Source of the DNA: an uncultured Acidobacteriota bacterium | GTDB taxonomy: Bacteria > Acidobacteriota > Thermoanaerobaculia > UBA5066 > Gp7-AA6 | Assembly (NCBI GenBank): GCA_963847075.1 | Contig: CAWJYL010000002.1 | Location: 1,276,725 to 1,340,724, forward strand | Reading direction: 5' to 3' | Length of the DNA stretch: 64,000 nt | Part shown: in pieces, positions 57,963-64,000 of the stretch | Layout: each line of letters opens with the position of its first letter | Numbering within the stretch: position 1 is the first letter of the stretch | Made by a program: the position numbers and the translations under genes | Notes under the pieces: generated by a model | The model's database searches: none | Told to the model about the DNA's origin: nothing | Seen by the model: only the letters and a program-made list of their open reading frames with translations

Positions 57963-59156
57963 GTGACCGAAGGCCCGTTTCCACGTCCCGCGCGCCGCTT
58001 CGAGAAGGTGGGCTTCTCGGAGATCGTCAAGGTCCGCAACCGCGTCATCGAGCTGCTCGGCGAGGGGCGCAAGGTGTGGCGCTTCGAAGGCGGCGAGCCG
58101 TGGATGAACACCCCGGATGCCGTCAAGGAGGCCATGGGCGCTGCGCTCGCGCGCAACCTGACGCGCTACGCGCCGTCCTCCGGGATCCCCGAGCTGCGCC
58201 AGTCGATTCTCGCCAAGGTCCGCAATCGCAACGGGATTCCGGCCGATGCCGAGAGCCCGATCGTCGTCGTCGGCGGCATGCAGGGGCTTTTCGCCGCCTT
58301 CGCAACGCTGCTCGATCCGGGCGACGAGGTCCTTCTCTTCTCGCCGTACTGGACGCCCGTCGTGGATCTCGTTCAGTATCACCAGGCGACTCCCGTCCTG
58401 GTCCCGACCGCGGCGGCCCGACGCGAGGGCCTCGCGGCGGCACTCGTACGCCGCACGACACCGCGCACGAAGGTGCTGTACTGGAACTGCCCCAACAATC
58501 CGACCGGCGACGTGCTCTCGCGGCAGGAGGTCGAGGAGCTCGCCGCCTTCGCGCGCAGCCGTGGCCTCGCCGTCGTCTCCGACGAGGCCTACGAGGACCT
58601 CATCTACGAGGGCGCGCCCAACGTGGCGATCGCTTCGCTGCCCGGGATGTACGAGCGCACGATCACGGTCTTCACGCTCTCGAAGAGCTACTCGATGACC
58701 GGCTGGCGCATCGGTTACGTCGTCGCTCCCGAGCGCTACCAGTCCGCAGTCAAGACCGTCGTCCTCTACACGACCAACGGCGTCTCGACTCCCACGCAGT
58801 GGGCGGCCGTCGAGGCTCTCGCGCGCGGCAGCGAATTCATCACGCAGTGGCGCGAAGGCTACCGCGCCCGCCGCGACCGTCTCGCCGCGGGGCTCAGCGC
58901 CGCCGGGTTCGAGCTCGAAATCCCGCGCGCCGCGCTCTATCTCTTCCCGAAGATCCCGTCGTGGCTCGGCGCCGACTCCCGCCAGGCCGCGCGCACCCTG
59001 CTCGACGAGGCGCAGATCGCGACCGTGCCGGGAATCGTCTTCGGCCCCGAAGGCGAGGGCCACCTGCGCTTCTCGTTCTCAGTTTCGGACGAGATGATCA
59101 CCGGCGGCGTCGAGGCGCTCGCCGCCTTCGCCGCGCAGGGCGCCGGCCGGCGCTGA
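57963..59156 (+). CDS. pyridoxal-phosphate-dependent aminotransferase, class I/II (aspartate/aromatic type)
   Basis: NPTG motif (NCPNNPTGDV) and PLP-lysine context (TLSKSYSMTGWRIGY). Confidence 0.85.
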   Translation: MTEGPFPRPARRFEKVGFSEIVKVRNRVIELLGEGRKVWRFEGGEPWMNTPDAVKEAMGAALARNLTRYAPSSGIPELRQSILAKVRNRNGIPADAESPIVVVGGMQGLFAAFATLLDPGDEVLLFSPYWTPVVDLVQYHQATPVLVPTAAARREGLAAALVRRTTPRTKVLYWNCPNNPTGDVLSRQEVEELAAFARSRGLAVVSDEAYEDLIYEGAPNVAIASLPGMYERTITVFTLSKSYSMTGWRIGYVVAPERYQSAVKTVVLYTTNGVSTPTQWAAVEALARGSEFITQWREGYRARRDRLAAGLSAAGFELEIPRAALYLFPKIPSWLGADSRQAARTLLDEAQIATVPGIVFGPEGEGHLRFSFSVSDEMITGGVEALAAFAAQGAGRR

Positions 59157-59645
59157 TCAGGAGCCTTGCCGGTCCCGCTCCTCGCGCAGCGCTTCGAGCT
59201 CGGCGATGATCTCGAGGTCCTTCGGCCTTCCGGCGGCACGCTTGACCGCGATGAGTTTTTGGAGGCCGAGGCAACGGCATTCAACCCCGGCGATCCGGAC
59301 AGGAGCGCTAAAGGGCAAGAGCCCCTCGTATGTTCCGCCTCCAGTCACTTCGCCAAGGAGATCGAGATCGCCAAGGCTCGTTGTGAGCGTAAAGTTCAGG
59401 CCGCGTCGAATCGTGTCCTCGTCCCACCGAAAGGGCAGACCGGGCGGGGCGCCTCGCAAGTACGGCTGGAACGGCCTCAAGAGGGCAGTGAGTTTGACAA
59501 TGTTCTCCGGAGTCCGGCGATAAACCACATCGAGATCGTTTGTGGACCTGGCTGAGCCGTGAGCCGAGGCGGAAACCCCTCCGACGACGATGAACTCAAC
59601 TTGAGCCCTGGCCAGAGCCCCGAGCATCGCCTTGAGATCCATCAT
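59157..59645 (-). CDS. Pol-beta-superfamily nucleotidyltransferase (minimal NTase, toxin-antitoxin-like)
   Basis: Motif hGGVSASAHGSARSTNDLDVV (G[SG]...DxD). ATG overlaps the stop of the upstream small gene (ATGA). Confidence 0.5.
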   Translation of the reverse strand: MMDLKAMLGALARAQVEFIVVGGVSASAHGSARSTNDLDVVYRRTPENIVKLTALLRPFQPYLRGAPPGLPFRWDEDTIRRGLNFTLTTSLGDLDLLGEVTGGGTYEGLLPFSAPVRIAGVECRCLGLQKLIAVKRAAGRPKDLEIIAELEALREERDRQGS

Positions 59646-59833
59646 CGGAAGGCGAGCCTCCCGGCTTCGCGCCACTCCTCGAGAAACTTCTGAAAAGCGA
59701 TGAGCTTCTCGATCCGCTGCTCAGGAGTGAGCCTCAGGTTCTCCCTGAGAAGCGTCCGGTCTATGTCCTTCTTATAGGCCTCGATGACGGGGTCGGGCTC
59801 GAGGGCGACTTCAGGAATCTGCTTCTCGTCCAC
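59642..59833 (-). CDS. small acidic helical protein, partner of the nucleotidyltransferase
   Basis: 63 aa from a GTG preceded by GGGAGA: MDEKQIPEVALEPDPVIEAYKKDIDRTLLRENLRLTPEQRIEKLIAFQKFLEEWREAGRLAFR. Lies inside spurious ORF 59642..60907. Confidence 0.4.
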   Translation of the reverse strand: MDEKQIPEVALEPDPVIEAYKKDIDRTLLRENLRLTPEQRIEKLIAFQKFLEEWREAGRLAFR

Positions 59834-59862
59834 GCCTCTATTATCTCCCGCAAGCAACCCGG

Positions 59863-60633
59863 CTACCGCCGGTACGCCTCGGGGCGCCGGTCGCGCAGGA
59901 CAGGAAACGTCACGCGGGCGTCGCGGACGGCGGCGGGATCGACGTCGCCGACGATGACCGCCTCCGACGCGCTTCCCTCCGCGAGCGTCTCGCCCCAGGG
60001 CGAGATCAGGGCGGAGTCGCCCGCGTAGCGCAGGCCTCCGCCCTCGCCGACCCGGTTGACGCCCGCGACGTAGCAGAGGTTCTCGATCGCGCGCGCGCGC
60101 AGCAGCGTGCGCCAGTGCTCGCACCGCGGCTCGGGCCAGTTGGCGACGACGGCGAAGAGATCGGTGTCCTCGGCCACGAGCCGAAACGGTTCCGGAAAGC
60201 GCAGGTCGTAGCAGACGAAGGGAGTCACGCGCAGTCCCTCTACCGCGACCGTGACGATCCGGTCGCCGCCCGCGTAGACGCGATCCTCGCCGCCGAAGGA
60301 GAATGGGTGAATCTTGGCGTAGCGCGTCGCGGAGCCGTCGGGCGCGGCGAGGATGGCCATGTTGCGCGGCCTCGGCTCCCCCGCCTCGGGCACGCTCGCG
60401 AGGATCCACATCGAGAGTTCCCTCGCCGTCTCCCTCAGAAACGACTCCGACGGGCCGCCGGGCCCTTGCGCGATGCGTTCGGACCGCATCGAGAACCCCG
60501 TGCAGAACATCTCGGGAAGGAGAGCAAACCGCGCGCCCCGGTCCCGCGCCTCCTCGAGATGCCGCCGCGCCCGGCGGTGGTTCTCGGCCACGTCTTCCCA
60601 GGCGAGGTCCATCTGAACGAGGGCTAGGAGCAC
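59863..60633 (-). CDS. carbon-nitrogen hydrolase (nitrilase superfamily, omega-amidase-like)
   Basis: GTG start ([14 protein letters not shown]). Catalytic Cys context TPFVCYDLRFPE. ALLPEMF motif. Confidence 0.8.
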   Translation of the reverse strand: MLLALVQMDLAWEDVAENHRRARRHLEEARDRGARFALLPEMFCTGFSMRSERIAQGPGGPSESFLRETARELSMWILASVPEAGEPRPRNMAILAAPDGSATRYAKIHPFSFGGEDRVYAGGDRIVTVAVEGLRVTPFVCYDLRFPEPFRLVAEDTDLFAVVANWPEPRCEHWRTLLRARAIENLCYVAGVNRVGEGGGLRYAGDSALISPWGETLAEGSASEAVIVGDVDPAAVRDARVTFPVLRDRRPEAYRR

Positions 60634-61781
60634 AGATCCTCCAGCCGTGCGACCGCTGCCTCGAGGGTCTCCTGTTTCTTGCAGAAGGCGAAGCGCACGT
60701 ACGGTCTCCCCTGCTCGACGTCGTCGTAGAAGGCGGACGGCGGGATCGCTGCCACGCCGACCTTCTCGATGAGGTGCCGCGCGAACGCACGGTCGTCGTC
60801 GAAGCCGAAGGGCCGGAAGTCGGCGCACGCGAAGTACGTGCCCTGGGGGTTGGACACGACGAACCCGAGCCGCCGCAGCTCCCGCACGAGATAGTCGCGC
60901 CTGGCACGGTAGCCCGCCAGGAGCAGCGCGTAGTAGTCGGGTCCCGCCGCGAGCGCCACGGCGGCCCCGTGCTGGAGCGGCGTCGCCGTGGCGAAGGTGA
61001 TGAACTGGTGGGCCGAACGCACAGCCGCCGCGAGCTCCGGCGGCGCCGCCGCCCAGCCGATCTTCCAGCCGGTCAGCGAAAAGGTCTTCCCGAAGGACGA
61101 GATCGTGATCGTCCGTTCCCGCATGCCGGGCAGCGTCGCCATGGGAACGTGCGCACCCTCGTAGACCAGGTGCTCGTAGACTTCGTCGGTGATGCAGTAG
61201 GCGCCGCGCTCGCGGCACAGCCCCGCGATCGACGCGAGCTCCTCGCGCCCGAAGACCTTCCCCGTCGGATTGTGCGGCGAGTTGAGCAGGACCGCGCGGG
61301 TGCGCGGGCCGAATGCGCGGACCAGTTCGTCCGCGTCGAAGCTCCAATCGGGCTCGCGCAGCGTCACGAAACGCGGCACGGCCCCCGCCATCCGTACGCT
61401 CGCCTTGTAGGAGTCGTAGTACGGTTCGAAGAGAACGACCTCGTCGCCCTCGTCGCAGAGGCCCTGGATTGCGGCGAAGATGGCCTCGGTCGCGCCCGAC
61501 GTGACGACGATCTCCGAGTCCGGCGCGTAGTCGAGGCCATGGTCGCGGCGGTACTTCGCGGAGAGGGCGCGGTGCATTTCCGGGATGCCCGTCATCCGCG
61601 CGTATTGTCCGTGGCCGGCGCGGATCGCCGCGACCGCCCCCTCCTTCGCAAACTCGGGGCCGTCGAAATCCGGGAAGCCCTGCGCGAGGTTGATTGCTCC
61701 GCGTTCGTTGGCGAGTCGGGTCATTTCCGTGAAGATGGTCGTCCCGAAGCCCTCGAGCCTGCGGGAAAGGGCGGAGCGCAT
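60624..61781 (-). CDS. class-I aminotransferase (methionine/kynurenine-oxoglutarate aminotransferase-like)
   Basis: [37 protein letters not shown]. Start chosen at ATG 61781 ([17 protein letters not shown]); earlier in-frame starts would overlap the divergent trxB start. Confidence 0.8.
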   Translation of the reverse strand: MRSALSRRLEGFGTTIFTEMTRLANERGAINLAQGFPDFDGPEFAKEGAVAAIRAGHGQYARMTGIPEMHRALSAKYRRDHGLDYAPDSEIVVTSGATEAIFAAIQGLCDEGDEVVLFEPYYDSYKASVRMAGAVPRFVTLREPDWSFDADELVRAFGPRTRAVLLNSPHNPTGKVFGREELASIAGLCRERGAYCITDEVYEHLVYEGAHVPMATLPGMRERTITISSFGKTFSLTGWKIGWAAAPPELAAAVRSAHQFITFATATPLQHGAAVALAAGPDYYALLLAGYRARRDYLVRELRRLGFVVSNPQGTYFACADFRPFGFDDDRAFARHLIEKVGVAAIPPSAFYDDVEQGRPYVRFAFCKKQETLEAAVARLEDLCS

Positions 61782-61827
61782 GCCGTGGATGATATCGGTC
61801 GGCGCCGCTGATATTCTCGCCGCCGCC

Positions 61828-62778
61828 ATGGCACCGACCAAACAGCACTACCGCATCGCCATCATCGGCTCGGGCCCGGCGGGCTGGACCGCAGCACTCT
61901 ACGCCTCGCGAGCCGAGCTTTCGCCGGTGGTGTTCGAGGGGCCCCAGCCGGGCGGCCAGCTCACGATCACGACCGAAGTCGAGAACTACCCCGGATTCAA
62001 GGACGGCATCCAGGGCCCGGAGCTCATGGAGGTCTTCCGCGAGCAGGCCCGGCGCTTCGGCACGGAGGTCGTCCTGGACACCGTCACGGACGTCGACTTC
62101 GGCAAACGGCCCTTCCGCCTCGTTCTCGACGAGGGCGGCGCGATCACCGCCGACGCCGTCATCGTGTCGTCTGGCGCCTCGGCGAAGCTTCTCGGCCTCG
62201 AGTCGGAAAAGAAGCTCATGGGCCATGGCGTTTCGGCGTGCGCGACCTGCGACGGCTTCTTTTTCAAGGGAAAGGAAGTCGTCGTCGTCGGCGGCGGCGA
62301 CACGGCCATGGAGGAGGCGACCTTCTTGACGAAATTCGTCTCGAAGGTCACGATCGTGCACCGCCGCGAGGAGTTCCGTGCCTCGAAGATCATGCTCGAG
62401 CGCGCGCGCCACAATCCGAAGATTGCGTGGAAGTTGAACGCCGGCGTGGAGGAGATCCAGGGCGGCGAGCGCGGCGTCATCGGGGTCACGCTCAAGGACA
62501 CCCGCTCGGGCGAGATCTCGCAGTTTCCGACCCAGGGTGTCTTCGTCGCGATCGGCCACTCGCCCAACACCGAGATCTTCCGAGGCAAGCTCGAGCTGAA
62601 CGACGTCGGTTACATCAAGATCCGCCATCCGTCGACCTGGACCTCCGTCGAGGGCGTGTTTGCGGCGGGCGATGTCGCGGACCCGACCTACCGCCAGGCC
62701 GTCTCGGCCGCCGGCGAAGGCTGCAAGGCTGCGATCGACGCGGAACGCTGGCTCGCCGCGCATGGAATCCACGGCTGA
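61828..62778 (+). CDS. trxB: thioredoxin-disulfide reductase
   Basis: [26 protein letters not shown]. Redox-active CATC. NADPH motif [12 protein letters not shown]. Confidence 0.95.
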   Translation: MAPTKQHYRIAIIGSGPAGWTAALYASRAELSPVVFEGPQPGGQLTITTEVENYPGFKDGIQGPELMEVFREQARRFGTEVVLDTVTDVDFGKRPFRLVLDEGGAITADAVIVSSGASAKLLGLESEKKLMGHGVSACATCDGFFFKGKEVVVVGGGDTAMEEATFLTKFVSKVTIVHRREEFRASKIMLERARHNPKIAWKLNAGVEEIQGGERGVIGVTLKDTRSGEISQFPTQGVFVAIGHSPNTEIFRGKLELNDVGYIKIRHPSTWTSVEGVFAAGDVADPTYRQAVSAAGEGCKAAIDAERWLAAHGIHG

Positions 62779-62815
62779 GCGACGAGTGACGAGTGACGAG
62801 TGACGAGCGATGACC
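62779..62815. repeat. heptanucleotide microsatellite (TGACGAG)x4-5
   Basis: gcgacgagtgacgagtgacgagtgacgagcgatgacc, directly after the trxB stop. Confidence 0.7.
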
Positions 62816-62970
62816 CGGGGGGCGACCCCCGCGACACGCCCTTTCTCGCCATCCTCCTCTACGTTCTCGGCTTCATGGGGGCGCTCGCGCTGTTGGCCTG
62901 GGTAGGGGCCCGGCTCCTCCGATAGTCCCCAGAACCCGGCGCGGCCCTACCCGTATCCCTCCGTGACCCC

Positions 62971-64000
62971 ATGCTGAAGTACTGGAAGGACCTGCGGCAC
63001 CTGCCGCGCCCGGTGTGGATCGTCGCGGCCTCCCAGTTGGTCAACCGCGCGGGCTCGATGGTTTTGTCCTTTCTCGTGATCTACCTGACGCGGGACCGCG
63101 GCTTTTCGGCAGAGCACGCCGGTTTCATCCTCTTCGTGTACGGCGTCGGCGCGATCGTCGCCGGTCCCATTGCGGGGCGCCTGGCCGACCGCTGGGGCAC
63201 GGCACCCCTCATGCGCGCCTCGCTTTTCCTCTCGGGCGCGATGCTCCTGCTCTACCCGCTCGCGCACACCGCGCCCGCGATCATCGCTACGACGGCGGCA
63301 CTGGCGATGCTGACCGAGGGATTTCGCCCGGCCGCCATGTCGTTCTTCGGCGAGGTGGTCGAACCCGCCCGGCGCAAGTCGGCCTTTGCGGTTTACCGGT
63401 TGGCGATCAACCTCGGAATGGCGATCGGGCCGGCGATCGGCGGAATGCTCGCGACGATCTCCTTCCGGTATCTCTTCCTCGTGGATGGCGTCACGTCGCT
63501 GGCCGCGGCGGCCGTCCTCGCTCTGGCCGCCCTCCCGATGCGCCCCCTCGGGCGCGCCGGGAAAGATCCCACGTCGGCAGCCCCCGTGCGCCTCGCGACG
63601 GCCGCGCATGCGGACCCCCGGTTCCTCTTCTTTCTCGCGGGCGTGCTGCCGGTCACCGTGATCTTCTTTCAGCACATCTCCTCGATGCCGCTCTTCATCG
63701 TTCGCAATCTCGGTCTCTCCGTAGCGAGCTTCGGCCTGCTCTTCTCGCTCAACTGCCTGCTCATCGTCGTCTTCGAGATTCCGCTCAACGCGGTCACCGC
63801 GCATTGGCCACACCGGCGCACGCTCGCTTTGGGTGCGCTCCTGTCGGGGGCGGGGTTCGGAGCGATGGCATTCGCGCGCGACTTCGGAACGCTCGCGGCG
63901 ACGGTCGTCGTCTGGACGACCGGAGAGATGCTCTTCTTCCCGGCCTCGGCGGCCTACGCCACGGACATCGCCCCGAACGAGCGCCGCGGCGAATACAGCG
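62971..64000 (+). CDS. MFS transporter (3'-partial; runs off the window)
   Basis: ATG 62971. MLKYWKDLRHLPRPVWIVAASQLVNRAGSMVLSFLVIYLTRDRGFSAEHAGFILFVYGVGAIVAGPIAGRLADRWG (MFS motif A GRLADRWG). No stop before 64000, so it is absent from the ORF track. Confidence 0.65.
   Translation, partial: MLKYWKDLRHLPRPVWIVAASQLVNRAGSMVLSFLVIYLTRDRGFSAEHAGFILFVYGVGAIVAGPIAGRLADRWGTAPLMRASLFLSGAMLLLYPLAHTAPAIIATTAALAMLTEGFRPAAMSFFGEVVEPARRKSAFAVYRLAINLGMAIGPAIGGMLATISFRYLFLVDGVTSLAAAAVLALAALPMRPLGRAGKDPTSAAPVRLATAAHADPRFLFFLAGVLPVTVIFFQHISSMPLFIVRNLGLSVASFGLLFSLNCLLIVVFEIPLNAVTAHWPHRRTLALGALLSGAGFGAMAFARDFGTLAATVVVWTTGEMLFFPASAAYATDIAPNERRGEYS

Noticed and set aside
61781-61841. Longer N-terminus for the minus-strand aminotransferase (TTG 61841 or ATG 61829).
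   Set aside because: These starts would overlap the divergent trxB initiation codon (CATG palindrome at 61827-61830) and leave no promoter space. The conserved aminotransferase N-terminus begins near the ATG at 61781.

Overview
This 64-kb window has about 70% GC and looks like chromosomal DNA from a diderm bacterium (BamD, RseP, TatA, Fis-type HTH); the lineage is not identifiable from sequence alone. I call about 55 protein genes, one tRNA-Gln(CUG) and several repeats and terminators. I found no rRNA, CRISPR array, transposase or integrase.

Gene order from start to end:
- 251-1908 (minus): thiO-like oxidase and a membrane protein.
- 1962-4124 (plus): ppiA, an APH-family kinase, tatA, then a 72-bp tandem repeat and a terminator.
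- 4115-7848 (minus): fis-type regulator, then a PASTA-protein / rpe / bamD / secreted-protein operon.
- 7936-8925 (plus): PHP-domain protein.
- 8864-21275 (minus): truA, uppS, cdsA, dxr, rseP, followed by three tandem YfhO-like polytopic membrane paralogs.
- 21412-25545 (plus): copA (YHS+HMA), a cupredoxin-like gene, queE, queC.
- 25546-31962 (plus): AT-rich promoter island, clpB, hsp20, terminator, htrA, gltX.
- 31984-32322 (minus): zinc-ribbon protein.
- 32468-36520 (plus): cell-surface polysaccharide locus (wecB, a GT4 glycosyltransferase, ABC-2 permease, ABC ATPase).
- 36685-47011 (minus): three giant secreted proteins, each ending in three SLH-like domains.
- 47498-50842 (minus): a Dlt-like acylation module (adenylating enzyme, MBOAT, carrier protein).
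- 51244-62778: housekeeping genes (tRNA-Gln, phhB, moeB-rhodanese, methyltransferase, pruA, aminotransferases, omega-amidase, trxB) plus a toxin-antitoxin-like nucleotidyltransferase pair.
- 62971-64000 (plus): partial MFS transporter.

The most interesting region is 32-51 kb: a secondary-cell-wall-polymer-like export locus, an SLH-anchored mosaic surface-protein triad with a recent sequence duplication, and an adjacent Dlt-like module whose MBOAT has a His-to-Tyr change. Many long ORFs in the supplied track are high-GC stop-codon-depletion artefacts and were discarded.
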